From Podarcis erhardii (Eukaryota), in NCBI GenBank assembly GCA_964252035.1, contig OZ176201.1: DNA of 64,000 nucleotides. One strand, written 5' to 3'. Of the stretch, positions 23,416 through 37,439 are shown in pieces. The first letter of the stretch is position 1. Every line of letters begins with the position of its first letter. The notes beneath the pieces are model-generated. The model was not told where the DNA came from. It did not search any database and saw only the letters and a list, made by a program, of their open reading frames with translations. A program made the position numbers and the translations under genes.

Positions 23416-26264
23416 GTAAGTGCCACCCCACCCCACCCCAATGCCACCTCCTTCAGAGTGGTAGGCACTAATCTGTCTTGCAGCAAGGCTGCTTTCTCCC
23501 TCCTCCCATGTGCCTGGACACCACACACAGCCCAACACCTAGCGGGAAAGGGTTAACCATGCACTTCTCCAAGCCTCCTGTCCACATTTGTAGGTCGCAA
23601 AGACTCAACCAACTGCTTGGGGTGAAAGAGAAGCCAAGGGAGCAACCACAAGTCACAACCTCATGCACCCCGCCTGGCACCCAAGTCAGAGCAAAGGCAA
23701 ACTATTTTCTCGGCAAAGTGCTTCTCAAGGTCACAGAAGGCCAGCAAGGGTTCCTCCAAGCTGCTCCCTGGGTCCTAGAGCATGATAGACCTTTTGGCCC
23801 ACAGTGAAACACCACTGGGTGACACCAAGGAGGCGTAATAGAGCAGAGAAGCCTCTCAGAGCCACCATCCCTGCTACACACAGGGGCAGGCAATGGCCTG
23901 TATTCTGTCAAACCCCGGGTCTTCCTCTTGCTGCTCCCCTGTGGCTTCATTGTGGAGCAGCCATGTGTCCTGCTTTACAGATGTCAGTTCTCTGGGTGAA
24001 GGACGGTCTGGTCCAAGGCCAGTTTAAAGATGAGAAACTGTAAGGAGGCTTCTCCTAACAGGATTTTCTAGAAGATAATCGCATTGAAATTGCCCATGGA
24101 AGGTTGGCACCTGGACAGCTGACTGAGCAGGCACACACAGCTCACATGATCACAGTCCTTCCCACCCTGACAAGATGCATTTCTGTTTCAATTACAGTAA
24201 TTCCTAAATTTGCATTGTTACATATTTATCAGCACCTGTAATTTTTTTGCACAAATATGTGCCCTCTTTTGTCCCTTTTTTGGTGGTGAGGGTGATGCCT
24301 TTCCTATTTGGGGGCAATGCACAAGTGGCCACCCCCCACTTCATTGCCACAATTTATGTCAGATAATCATTTCCTTTAAAGCACTTACTGTCTCTGAAAA
24401 GTAAAAATATCAATACACTGTGGATCTGATTGTGCCGCAAATGGAAGAGTCTGGCTTCTGGTGTCCATTGGCTTCATCAGGATTTCTGTGTTTTCAGTTT
24501 AAAATAAACAATTGATCAAAAAGCTTTCTACATTTTGGAGATGAGCAAAAAACAAAACCACCAGAGAAAAGGCAATGCAAATTCAACTAAAAGTGAAGAC
24601 TTAAAAGGTGTCCTACAATTTTACATTATCACTCCCATGCCCTGGTGATTTTATTCTTTGTTTAAAACATTTCCATGTCACTTTTTGAAAGTGCTTAAGG
24701 CAGCTCAGAACATGATGATTTTAAGTATTTTAAGCTCAAAGCTGTGTGCACAAAAACAGGGTAGAAACCTGTACCTACAGCAGCAAAGCCATCATACCTC
24801 TCCCCCTGCCAGCCATTATCTCCATGTCCAAAGGCCTTTTAGAAGAAACGGGCCAACACACCCATCACTGGATATCAACAGGACAAGCCCAGAGAAGGAC
24901 CTGTGAGGAGACAGCAACATCAGCAGATCCCAGGAAGGGCAGAGGCTGGGATAAGTGGTGCTCTGGACATCTTCCCTCAAACCACAGGGCAGCAGGACCC
25001 AAGAGAAGCTGACAGGAAGCTGGCTGAAGCTGATGAAGTCACCAGGGGAAATTCCCAAGGGAGGGTGACTCCAGGGCACTGAGGGACTATGAAAGCAGCT
25101 GGAGGAACATTGGAAGCTTGCCCTAAATTAGAGGATAAAGGCCTTTCCTTTTTGTTGCCAAATGGGAGAAATTGTTTGGAGCAAAGGCTGACATCATTGC
25201 TCTGGTAACAGTGCTCAGAAATGGAAGTGCCTTCCTTGTGCCCCAGTCCAGGAAAGGGAGGCACAACTTTTTGCAAGCCCTGCTTCTCCGCTGAGGGAAG
25301 GTGGAAAGGGGTGTTGAAGATGATCTCAACAGCAGAGATGGGTAGAGTATGTCATTCTTGTAAGGACACATTGATGGGAATCTGGATTTCCATGAGGGGG
25401 AAAATCTGCAATCTACCAAGTAGCCATTGCCACAGTCTGCTGGGAAAGCTTCATTCACTTCAGTGGGGCTTGTGCTGCAGAACTGGATTGTGCCCCATTG
25501 GCAAGATTGGTTGTCTTGTCCCATTCTGCCAGCAGCAATGACACCTGCATTGACTGCTTCACCCCTCCCACCTCTTGCCAAAATCCATTTAGTTTTCCAC
25601 TCTGCTACAGTACAGTTTTGCCAGCAGGACAGAGTATTGGGTGTTCATTATGTGTTCATATTCGCATCAACCCTCTGAAACAAACTATATTTTTTGTTTC
25701 AGCAATTGGCAAGGAGAATTAGCAAGGCCTTTTCTGTTATAACCCCAAAGCTGAGGAGAGAGTTCTCCAGAAAGATACATCATCAGCCCACATCTCTTCT
25801 TGGCCCTCATCGTAATGGGAGGCTCACAGTTCAGTGGTAGAAGCCTAGAGACCTTTGACATGCCAAACATATGCTCTGTCTCTAAGCTATTACCCTTAAC
25901 CTTAGTTTGCTGCCTGGACCCAGGAAGGGATTTCTTTTGCACTCCGTCCTATTCCCACCCTTCCTACTATTATCACTGGACTAGGGCTGTCCCAACTTGT
26001 CTTAGCTATACCTTTTAGTTTTAGTACCCACTGCAGAGTTAAGTTTCATTGTTGCATGTACACCCCTCGTTTTATGAGGCGTTTTGCCTGCTGCCCCTGC
26101 CTGCCTTCTTCCACACACCTTCCCTCTTTTTACACCCTGGAAATTTATTTATAACAGGAGCGTCCCCTGCATTGGCGTAGATGCAGCTCCTGCCTCTGAG
26201 CTCTGCCCACTTAGCAAGCCGAGCTTTAAACACCCCCTTCATTCTCTTTCTCTTTTTCTGTTAG

Positions 26265-26339
26265 GTTGACTACACTGTTGCTCGTCGGCCACGGCCTGGC
26301 CGACCCGTGAAAAACAGGAGGAGGAAACTGCCCACATAG
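26265..26339 (+). CDS. MBD6: MBD6 last coding exon (VDYTVARRPRPGRPVKNRRRKLPT*)
   Basis: Resembles the human MBD6 C-terminus RARPGRPAKNKRRKLAP. tttctgttag acceptor, TAG at 26337-26339. Confidence 0.93.
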   Translation, partial: VDYTVARRPRPGRPVKNRRRKLPT

Positions 26340-27622
26340 CACCGCCTGAACTGGAGACCCCCCTCGCTCCTAGGCGATCAGAGCTTAGGACACCTCTGGC
26401 TTCTCTCTCCCCCTCCCAACCCCTCTTAATCTCTGGCGCCCACCCCCTGGACATGGGGCGAGGGGAGGGAAATACCAGCAAGAGGATCGGCTGCTGCTGC
26501 TGCTGCTGGGCTCTTTGCGCCTTAGCCGTGAATGTGTTGTAGCTTCACCAGTTGCCTGGGTCCCGAATCTCTCCTAAAAGGGACCCCTGAAAGCACAAGG
26601 TGCATCTCTGGTCACAGCATTTGTTTTGGGATGTGGGTGGGTGGGAGCAAAGGCTGGGATGGGAGCAAAAGGAGCACTAGAGCTGGACACACCCATAGCA
26701 CTTCTTGGAAGCTTTTCTTCTTTCTTTCAATGACCTGACGGGGAGTCCCTTGCCGCTGTGTAGTAGCTGCCCCTTCCCCTGACGCTGGCGAGATTCCCCC
26801 CCCCCTTTGGTTGAATCTCAGAACCTCAGCAGGAGTAGCAAGGGCCATGTGCTCCAGGAAGAGGACATCCTGGCCCTTTCACTTCCCACCTTACCTCAGA
26901 CCTGTGTGCGCTTTAGCACCCAGGTGAGAACCAGCTCAGGGTTTTAATACAAGAATCAGTCTCTTTCTCTTTCTCTGCCTTGCCAAAAACACACACAAGA
27001 TCCTGGCCCCTGTGCTAAAGGTACAAAGCAATAAGGAAAAAGAAGCCACGTTTTTGAAGGGAGGATTCGTTCCCTTCCATAGTTCAGCAATTCATTCACT
27101 CCCCACCACCACACTCCCCCCCCCCCACCTCCATTGAGACGCTACTGAAAGAGAGTGGCCACGAGGCAAAGTCTGGCTGGTGAGTTGGACTTGCTCTTCT
27201 CCTTGGCTCCAGTTGGGCTCCTGGGACTGGTAGGGCTCCAAGTTCTCACCCCCCCCTTACACACACAAACAAAAAAGCAACCTTTGCCTACGTATTTTTC
27301 TCTCTCTATAGAAATCCTCAAAAGAACACTCAGGTCCTTGGCCAGGGAGAGGAGGAGTTTGTGCTCTAACTAGAATTGGCCCAGCTTTGCCCCTGCATCT
27401 GCTTCTCTAGCCCCCTCCCTGCAAACATACACACTACAGCCTTCATCTCTGAACGACCAAAACGCTCCACGCCCCAAGTACACCACCACCTGCCCCCATG
27501 TCTGGTTGAGAATCTTGACGGATTATGCAAAAGCACTGTGTAGATACTGTACAGTTCGCGCTGTCTCCCCCTCCCCTGTGCACTTCAAACCAACCAACCA
27601 ACTTCGGCCTTTGTTTTGTATA

Positions 27623-27858
27623 AATAAAATTTTTAAAAAGGAATTTGGAGGGGGGAACTATTTTCCTTTTTCGAGCTTAAATTTTGTTTTGTAAAAAAAA
27701 AAAAAACAATTACACAATTGTGAATTGTAGCTTTTCTATGGGAGCGACTTTTAATTTAACAGATGAAAATATTTTGCCGCTTAGATCGAAGTTACTGTTT
27801 CTTTACTTGTTTATTTTTTTGGGGGGGGGTGTGTGTGTGTTTTGTATCAAGTATTAAA
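27623..27858 (+). terminator. MBD6: Candidate MBD6 polyadenylation signals (AATAAA 27623-27628; ATTAAA 27853-27858)
   Basis: Hexamers at the end of an AU-rich 3'UTR. The distal one has TGTA upstream and GU/U-rich sequence downstream. Confidence 0.55.
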
Positions 27859-29647
27859 ATATGTATTTAAAACAAAGTCTTATGGGGTTGGTCTTTTGTC
27901 AGCTCAACTCACAGCTCTGGAAGCAGGGTGGTGTGCAGCCCGTATTTTTAAGAGACTGAAAACACCCTGCCTTAAACTAAGTCAGACCACTGGATGAGAT
28001 GGAAATAGGGTGGTGGTCTGTGTGCAAGGGAGAGCCGAAGGAAGGAGGAGCAAGAGAAAAGGAAGTGAAGGTGAAAATGATATGTGCATGCAGGATGCAC
28101 AATAGGAGAGAGGCTACAGCATGGAAACAGGGGTGATTTGTGTGCAACGGAGAGCTGAGAACAGGAAGGGGGTTTCAAAAAAGCAGAGCGCAGGAGGCAT
28201 GGGAAATGAAAGCAAGTGCATGCAAAGGCCTGAAGAATAGGAAGAGATGGTGCTTTTGCAATTTGGCAGAAGGTGAAAAAGGTGCTTAGTCACTAAGTAG
28301 TCCAGTGTGGAAAGAGGCAGATGCAGGAGTTTACCATAGGAGTGGATCATGTGCAAGGCAGGTTTGCCTAAAAGGAGGAAGAATCAACACGGGTGTGAAG
28401 GTGAAAATGGGTGCAGAATAGAAGTGGCTTCAGAAATGGGGTTTGGAAGGTGAAAATTGAGTTTAGTTACGTGAGTTACAAGAGGTGATTTCTGCACATA
28501 CTGTAGAGGGAAATGAGGATTGGGCTCCTCAACCTCATCTAGGAGAAGGAAAACACTGATCCTAAACCTCTGCTGCCTTGCAGGATATCTTTGGGAGAAG
28601 AAAAGGCTAAGGAGCAAACCCTACACAAATCTTAAGTGGAGTCCCTAAGGCGGCTGGATGGCTCCTTGCCTGCCTGCTTCCAGCAACCCCTGCAGCCAAG
28701 CTGATGCCAAACGTATTACTCTGCTTTCCTTTGGAAAATATCAGTGGGGGGGGGTTGTGGTCTGGGCAGCCCAGGACCTCCAGACACACTGCCCAGGCTT
28801 GTGCCCCAGGGAGGTCACCGTTGGCTTCAGTGCTGGTTTCACCCCTGGCGGCACACTCCCTTGTTTCTCGAGACAGAAGGATGCCAACCACCATAGTTGT
28901 ACGAGGGTGGGAAGGGGAAGCTCTAGAGAGTTAATGTGGGGGTTAGTGAACACAGCAGGCAGGCAGAGGCACAGCTCCTAGTATATTTGCTTATCTCATG
29001 ATATATTGAAAGCTGGCTCTTCAGAGGTGATGGGGAAGAAATTCAAACATAACGGAGTGAGTAGCCATGCGCTAGTCAGCCACAGCCCAAACAGGGCTTC
29101 TGGTATGTGAGTCTTTGAAGCTGTATATCTGTCCTTCATGACACTCTCAGTATTTGCTGTAATAACCAACAGCTTTAGCAGTGACCTCCTAGTCAATGCG
29201 ACTGCTACCCAGCATGGATTATTTTGAGCGAGCAGCAGTGAATGAATCCCTCCACCCTGAATGTAATATGTGAAGTGGTGTCACTTCAGTCCTGGGAATT
29301 CAGTGTAGGCTGTGCTATTTCACTACAGGAGAGGAGATTGGAAGAGCTTGTGCAGACTTCCCAAGGGTGAAATGGGACAAGAACTTAAGAAGAGCTCTCT
29401 GGATCACACCAAAGGCCCATCTAGCCCTGTTGTCCACAGAGGGCATTAGATGCCTTTGGGAAGCCCAGAACAAGATCAAGGGAGCAACAGACTTCACCTG
29501 ATGCTGGTCTCCAAGCACCTCATACTCATTGCCAAAGTGTTTCTGGACGGGCCAAAAGCCATTGTAACTAGGAGCCACTGACAACCTTCTCCTTCATGAA
29601 GAGCACAATCTGGAGACTACAGAAAGACAAGCACATGCAACCTGTTC

Positions 29648-29684
<37 letters not shown>
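29648..29684. repeat. (CA)n microsatellite
   Basis: Seen directly. Confidence 0.95.
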
Positions 29685-29688
<4 letters not shown>

Positions 29689-29714
29689 CAAGTACAGAGC
29701 ACTAAGCATAAGTG

Positions 29715-29720
29715 TTTAAT
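29715..29720 (-). terminator. DCTN2: Candidate DCTN2 polyadenylation signal ATTAAA
   Basis: TTTAAT on +, about 420 nt past the stop. The (CA)n tract about 30 nt further reads as (UG)n on the transcript. Confidence 0.45.
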
Positions 29721-30139
29721 GACAGTAAATAATTATACAACAATACAATCTGCTTCCATGCCAGGCTGAGAGGTAAGATAATATTTCCAAGTAGAAGGCT
29801 CCGAGCCAAGCAGCAGTGAGTACAACTTCCCAGGTGGATACGCAAAGTTGATTCCCTCTCTAGCACACCCTCCCTCCAGTCTGGAATGCAACACTGCCCT
29901 CTGCAGTCAGCATCAATTGCCACAGGGGTGCAAAGCATTGCAAGAGGTGGGGGGGGGGGCGCACACACCTGCCCTCTAACAGAGATAAGCACTCAGTCCA
30001 CCAGCCCTCATCAAGGCTGAACTCCCACTAAGTGCACACGAGAAAAGGTACAGAGGTAGGGAAGGGACGGAGCAGTTAGTGCTTATTTGGACAGCAGGCA
30101 AACCTCAGTTCCTGCCTTTGTAGACTTTGTTAAGGGGAT

Positions 30140-30226
30140 TCACTTGGCAAGCTTCTGCACCCGTGCATTAATGGTGGCAAAATTGTCCTCCACGGTAGCC
30201 AGGTTCTCCTTCATAGTCTTCTGAAC
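30140..30226 (-). CDS. DCTN2: DCTN2 last exon (VQKTMKENLATVEDNFATINARVQKLAK*)
   Basis: Matches the dynamitin C-terminus. ctctctag acceptor, TGA at 30142-30140. Confidence 0.95.
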   Translation of the reverse strand, partial: VQKTMKENLATVEDNFATINARVQKLAK

Positions 30227-30817
30227 CTAGAGAGAGATGGAGGGAGAGAAGATGGATAGACGCCAGCCATATGGAGGGCTTGCCTGGGAACATGTTCCAC
30301 CATGGCTACCTACTAGCATGTGAGTCAGACCAATGAATCACCTGGCTCTATTTAGGGCACACAAATGCCGCAAGATGGTTTTCAAAATAGTCCGCATACA
30401 CTTTGGTTTTCAACCTGCTGCCTCTCAGGGTGGCAGTAAACTCTATAGCAGCGGCACGTAGGTTCTGTAGCCCCTCCCAACTCCCACCAACCCCAGCAAG
30501 TGTGGCTAAGTGGCCAGGGATGGTGGAAGCAGAAGTCCAACAGCGTCTGGAGGGCCACAGGTCCCGCCCCTGCTCTAAAGCAGCAAAGTTGCCATTTTCT
30601 AAACATGTGTATGGCAGGACAGTTTCCAGCAAAGATGTGCTCCCCCAAACCCACGTTCCCAGCATGTTTACACTCCTGCCCCAGTGACATCTATGCTGGT
30701 TTGGTCATGTCCACAGAATGGACAATGGCAGGATCCCGCAGGACGTGGGGAGCTGGCTTCAGGCACATTGCACTATGAAGTCTACATCTCATAGTTGTGG
30801 TAAAGGGATCTGTGCTA

Positions 30818-31600
<783 letters not shown>

Positions 31601-31739
31601 TTGTTTCAAGTGTAAAAAAAAAAAATAGAAAAAAATGACAATGTCAAAATAAATAAACAAAAATGGGAGGCCCAAAGGCTGAGGCTACTCTTCTGCCTTC
31701 CTGAGTTAGAGAACGCCCCTGCCTGGCTCAGAGGCTCAC

Positions 31740-31842
31740 CTTGTTCATGCAACTGCCGCACAGCAACCAGGCGCTGCACCACCTCAGGGAGGGAGCTGGC
31801 CAGAGGGCTCCAGCGCTGCACAGTCTCATAGAGTTGATGCAC
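31740..31842 (-). CDS. DCTN2: DCTN2 exon ([35 protein letters not shown])
   Basis: Matches p50; 103 nt; ag/gt boundaries. Confidence 0.96.
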
Positions 31843-32710
31843 CTGTATGGGGCAGGGGAGGCAGAAAGTTATCAGGAAGGGGGGGGGGAGAGTCCAAGTG
31901 GGAACCTGGTCTTCAACTTTAGGCCAATCATCTTCCTCCATCACCATCCCTCCAAAAAACTTCCCATGTGTTCATGAACACATACACATACTAACGACAA
32001 AATGTAATCTAGTTTTGCTCACAATCTCATTGCTTGGCTGGCAAAAGCAGAAGTCTGTCAACAAAGGGCCAGTGCACAAATCATGTTGCGTTCATCCCTT
32101 GCTGACTACAGCATCAAATGCTGAGTTGCTCAGGTGAATGAGCCAGCAGAGTTCTGAAAACCAGACAAAATGTTCACACCATCCAATGCGGTGCTAAGGT
32201 CCTGTTCACAAGCTTCTTGTAGGGAGCTGGCTGTTGAATATGAGAACAAGATGCTGGACTAGATGGGCCTTTGGCCTCATCCAGCACAGCTCTTAACGGT
32301 ATGTTCTTATGTTCTATAGGGGAGCCCAGCTCACACAATAAAACAGGCAGACATCACATGTTGAAGGATCAGATGATGCGCACACATGTGAAAAAAGACA
32401 CAGGCTGTGTGGTAAGTCATTCCCAAATGTCACCCCCTTTTCTTTATTCAGGATTTTCTAGGGCACAGAAGAGCTGCAGTCTCTAATTTACCAGGGTGTT
32501 GTGTTTGTGTGTGAATCACCAAGACACAGCCTGGCAGGGAATCTATCCCATTGGCTTGTTCAGAACATCTACAACTGATAAGTCTCTACCCTTCTTCCTC
32601 TTCCAGAGTTGGCAGAAGCCTTATGAACCCACAAGGAAAACAGTGCTCTTTGCCACCAGGATCAGGAAATCACACTAACCTGATCGGTAATAGCAGGCCA
32701 ATGCTGCCCT

Positions 32711-33041
32711 TACTACTACTACTTTTATTATTTATACCTCACCCATCAGGCTGGGTTTCCCCAGCCACTCTGGGCGGCTTACAACATATATAAATCATAG
32801 TAAAATATCAAACATTAAAAACATCCTGATACAGGGCTGCCTTCAGATGCCTTCTAAATGTTATGTAGTTCTTTACCTCCTTGACATCTGAAGGGAAGGT
32901 GCCACTACTGAGAAGGCCCTCTGCCTGGTTCCCTGTAACTTCACTTCTCGCAGTGAGGGAACCAGCAGAAGACCCTCAGAGGAAGACCTCAGTGTCTGGG
33001 CTGAGCGATGGGGGTGGAGATGCTCCTTCAGGTATACTGGG
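32711..33041 (-). mobile_element. L2-type LINE 3' fragment
   Basis: Reverse-complement homolog of 1830-2188. Confidence 0.8.
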
Positions 33042-33135
33042 CAGAGTCAATCAACAAGATGCTTTCATACAAATACAGAAAGTGGAACTGTGGGTTTTAT
33101 CGTTTGCCCAGTTACAGAGAGAAAACACATCTGAC

Positions 33136-33207
33136 CTTGCTTTGGGTGTCTGCATCCTCCACCGTGGCCTTGTGCTTGGCAATCTCATTCACTTTTCCCA
33201 AGACGCT
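33136..33207 (-). CDS. DCTN2: DCTN2 exon ([24 protein letters not shown])
   Basis: Translated by hand; matches p50; 72 nt. Confidence 0.96.
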
Positions 33208-33312
33208 CTAGGAATGAAGAACTGCCATTAGGAAAGCTAGACCCTGCCAGAACTTTCAAAATCATTTAGTCCTTTCCACATGCCCTAAATGCTGTGGCTG
33301 AAAAAGACTCAC

Positions 33313-33390
33313 CTGTAGCCTTGCCTCCACCTGGTCCAGGGTTGCTATGTCCAAGGAGCTGACTTTGGCCTGCAGGATCTCTACAGTTTG
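33313..33390 (-). CDS. DCTN2: DCTN2 exon (QTVEILQAKVSSLDIATLDQVEARLQ)
   Basis: Translated by hand; matches p50; 78 nt; gtgagt donor. Confidence 0.95.
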
Positions 33391-34109
33391 CTATGGATAG
33401 GATGTGACATGGGGAAAGCGTTTTAGAGGGAAAAACACCACATGCCTGTAGGCAAAACTTTAGTTGGCTAACTCAAATCAGTGTGTGGAATTAGTCCTGG
33501 CCCTCAGGCTGGCCTTTCCTACCATTGGCTTTTCCTGCCCAGGCGACATTTGTCCCAGCCAGATCCAGTGAGACACCCCTCCCCCCCCCCTGAATATCAT
33601 CAGCTCTTTGAGGTAATACAAGGGGATATGTCTATGCTGCAGTTGTACAGGAGCAACAACCAACCACCAGTGGAACACAACCTTGGATGGAAATTTCAGC
33701 TACTCAATAATCTTATATTTTTTCTTAAAGACAGCATATTTCTAGTTTTCACTGTTGTGAATATATGCTTCATACTGCATGATTAATGCAAATTGGAATC
33801 TCAGGTACCAAAGGTGTAGTTTAAATAGGTTTTCGATGGTGCTGTGTTGTGTGTGTGTTTGAGAGAGAAATTTCAGCAACCTACATAGCTCCTCGGCCTT
33901 CTTGAAAAGACTATCAAAACCAGAATAAATTATGTAAAATAGTTTTTAAAGACAGAATTCTGCAAAATATGAGAAATATTTAGTAAATTTGCAAATATTG
34001 TTTAGGTTGCAAAATTTCAGTTTTACTTGGCACAGATTACCTCAGCTCAGTAGTCAAAAATAAAGAAAAGGAACTTAATCCACAGAGACATAAAACATCT
34101 TGTCTAGAA

Positions 34110-34349
34110 CAGGGGTAGGCAATCTAAGGCCCGGGGGCCAGATCCGGCCCAATCGCCTTCTAAACCCAGCCCGTGAATCAGTGTGTTTTTACATGAGTAG
34201 AATGTGTGCTTTTATTTAAAATGCATCTCTGGGTTATTTGTGGGGGATAGGAATTCATTCATTTCCCCCCCTCAAAATATAGTCCGGCCCACCACATGGT
34301 CTGAGGGACGGTGGACCGGCCCACAGCTGAAAAATGTTGCTGAGCCCTG
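34110..34349. mobile_element. hAT-Charlie-like MITE
   Basis: CAGGG termini; TSD GTCTAGAA at 34102-34109 and 34350-34357 (NTCTAGAN type). Confidence 0.85.
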
Positions 34350-34658
34350 GTCTAGAACATCTTATAGAGGGAGGTGCAAACCTATTTCCCTTAATCCTGG
34401 CCTAGAAGCTATTTTTCCCAACATTTCAGCATAGTATCTCATTCCTTTCCATTTACAAACAAATGTGCTTTGTACATGTACACATGTACACACACACACT
34501 TTGCACAGCACTCATCAAGCCCAACCTGGCCTCCCAGCAGCTACAGGATAAATTAAGAGACAACCTTCATGCCCAATCTTTAAAAGCAAACATCCCCTTT
34601 AATTCTTTTCCAATCCCAAAAGGCACAGGCCACTTATAAACTTCAGCCAACAGCTTAC

Positions 34659-34697
34659 CATAAGACTAGCTCCTTGCAGTCCAACAGACAGAGGATT
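34659..34697 (-). CDS. DCTN2: DCTN2 exon (NPLSVGLQGASLM)
   Basis: Matches p50 NPLSAGLQGACLM; 39 nt; ctctctag acceptor, gtaagc donor. Confidence 0.95.
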
Positions 34698-35381
34698 CTA
34701 GAGAGAGAAAATGAAGGGGGGGGGATTGATTAGGATAGTGCTGGCCAGCCTTTGGCAAGCATGGCACAAGCCAGTCTGCAGTGTGAGGCAATGCCACTGC
34801 CTCACACTCAACAATAGCCATGTAGTTTCTGCACTCTGGGCTGGAGCTGCTTCTAGTCCAGCAAGAGTCTAACTCTATGGCACGGCCAGGGCACTCTGCT
34901 CTTGCCCAGGCCACTTGTGGATTTTCAGCCACAGGCTGGCCATGAACAATTTAATTCATTCAGGCCCTGTAACCAGCTCCAGGCATTACACCTCCTGGAC
35001 AATTTTACAGAGCGCCTATAGGGCCAAAGTAGATGCTGCCCTAAATGCATCACTGGAGAAAATCTCAGGAGCTGCTAACAAATGAAGCCATGGAGTTCAT
35101 CATAAAATCTAGCCTGCTGTTACACCTGTTCCCATTACCTCTTAAGGAGCCTGCCAAGTCAGGCATTGGTCCATCTACCTCAATAGTGTCTACACTGACT
35201 GGCAGGAGCACTCCAGGACTTCAGACCAAAGTATCTCTCAGGCCTACCTGGGGATACTGGGTATTGAACTGGGACCTTCTGATTGAAAAGCAGACGCTCT
35301 ACCACTGAGCTATGGCCTCATCCCCCTTGCCACCATAACCTTCACCGGGAACCCAGGGCTTCCACTGCCTTTCGGCCTCAC

Positions 35382-35447
35382 CTGGACATCCTGCTCACAG
35401 CGAACCGTTGCTTCCAGCTCAGCCAACCGCTTCTCCAGTTCCGCAAT
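35382..35447 (-). CDS. DCTN2: DCTN2 exon (IAELEKRLAELEATVRCEQDVQ)
   Basis: Matches p50; 66 nt; ag/gt boundaries. Confidence 0.96.
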
Positions 35448-37439
35448 CTGCAAAGACCAGAGGGAGCAAATGAAGATGCGTTGTGCTCCTCTCCCTCCCG
35501 AGAAGCCTTCTTGAATTGCAGGGCAAAGCACTTCTAAAATTCCCCCTTGACCCAGACGTGTCATTTTTCAGGTGCCATTAAGGGCAATTTGACCTATGGG
35601 GTACAACATGCCAGGAAATTGCCCTTCACAAGCCCCAGTGAAGTGATCAAGACCTGTGCAGGAACATGGCGCCTTGACTATATTCACTTTCATGGGGTTT
35701 GCTGAGGAAAACTTCCTGGATGGATTGGACTGGGTGGTAGGTGCACGAGCCTATTTAGATTTCATACCTCAAGGCACAAAAAAATTGTAAGTGTGGATGG
35801 ATGGCTCAAGGAATCTAAAGCCAGGTGAAAATTCCAGAAGTTGGAAAGCTTGAAAGTTTGTCCAGAATGAGATTATATTACCTACTGTATATGACTACGA
35901 CAGAAATACACATCAATCATTTCAAATCAGCCACAAAGGTTCCCCCCTCCCAAAAAGTTCTCCACTGAGACTGACACTCCACTACAACTTCATTTCTTTC
36001 ACCTAGAGGTTGCCAACCTTCTTGGGCACATTTGGAAGTTTGAAAAGGTGTCAGGGGCACCATCACAAAATGACTAATGTGTTGTGTGTGGCATAATCCG
36101 AAACTGGGGAAATGAGAGAAAGGAATCCAAAATGGTGTGGGCATGCCCCCCCACCCCCACCAACGGTGGACGGGGACACCTGCTTCAGCCACCACTGCAC
36201 TTGATTACAGAGAGAAGAACAGATGGGAGGGATGGGTGTCTGATCCTGGCATCCAATGAGATATGGGCATGCTTAAGGGAAAGAGTATTCCACAGTCCTC
36301 CAGCAAAATGAAAAATCTTATCTGGATTTCTGCATCCCTGTGTCCCTTCCTCATCTGCTCAACGCAAACAAGACTTTGCCTATCACTCCCTCCACTTCTT
36401 TTGAGCGCCTTCCTAGCCATTTTAACAATGGTATTTTTGTGTTGCCTAGAATGGACGGCCAAAAAGCAGGGTACAAATATGATTAATGACACCTTTTCCC
36501 ACCACCACTTCAACCCCAGCATGAAGTAACTGGACCTGAAGCAGGCTGGAACCTACAAGATCTTTCTTTTCAACAGTCGCCACAGAGTTGCAATCCACGT
36601 TCTGGGGAACCCTGAGCCCAGACTGTATAGAATATTACCAGGAAGACATTATCACTGTTTCCCACTCCTGCCATCCTAAGCTTTCATGACTGTAGAATAA
36701 GTAAGTCAATAACCCCATTAACTCTAAAGCACTCAGAATGAAGTCACAGAGACTGCTGGGTGATGCAGATGTTAAAGGATTACTGAGAAAGTGTGGGGAA
36801 AGCAAAGGAGCCAAAATAAGGTTCATTATGATGCTCTATTCTGCTATGGGGTGAGAAAGGCTCAAACTTTGTGTGCAGTGGGGAGGGAAGGAGAAGATTC
36901 ACAAAAATGATTTATGCTTGAAGATCTCCATGAGCCCTGTATATACACGCTTAGGGAAGCAGCTTAGGAAAAAGGCTCTGCATTCTGGAAATTCCTTTCT
37001 TCAGTATCAAATACATTAGCTTTATACAGACACACAAGCCGAGTTGATGTATGCCCTAAGTCCCAGAGGAAGGGAACTATTCCTAGACATTACCGAGACC
37101 CTGATGCTCCCAGTCTCCAGCTCTCTTTAAGTGAAGACACATATGGACACAAAAATGCTCTGGAGCTTGGGGTCCTTGTGATGTCACAAGTACTAACCAA
37201 CCAGCGCTGTGCACAATAGGCCTTTCCCCACTCAAATCAAACACCCCATAAAGCAACAGAATGCTCTCCTGCCCCCAGAGCTGAGCTTGGAGAGAGAAAG
37301 GCACTGCTGAATTGCATACTACAATGAGGGCGCTGCTAAGGCACCTCACTGCTGTACAAATGTAGCATCAGCTCATCATCCTAGCTATTTCCTTATAAGT
37401 CCCAGAGGGGTCTCAAAGATCAAATACTCCAGTTCTTAC

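Noticed and set aside
24658-25581. ORFs in the last MBD6 intron as extra exons or a pseudogene
   Set aside because: No polypyrimidine acceptor, in-frame stops, no recognisable protein.
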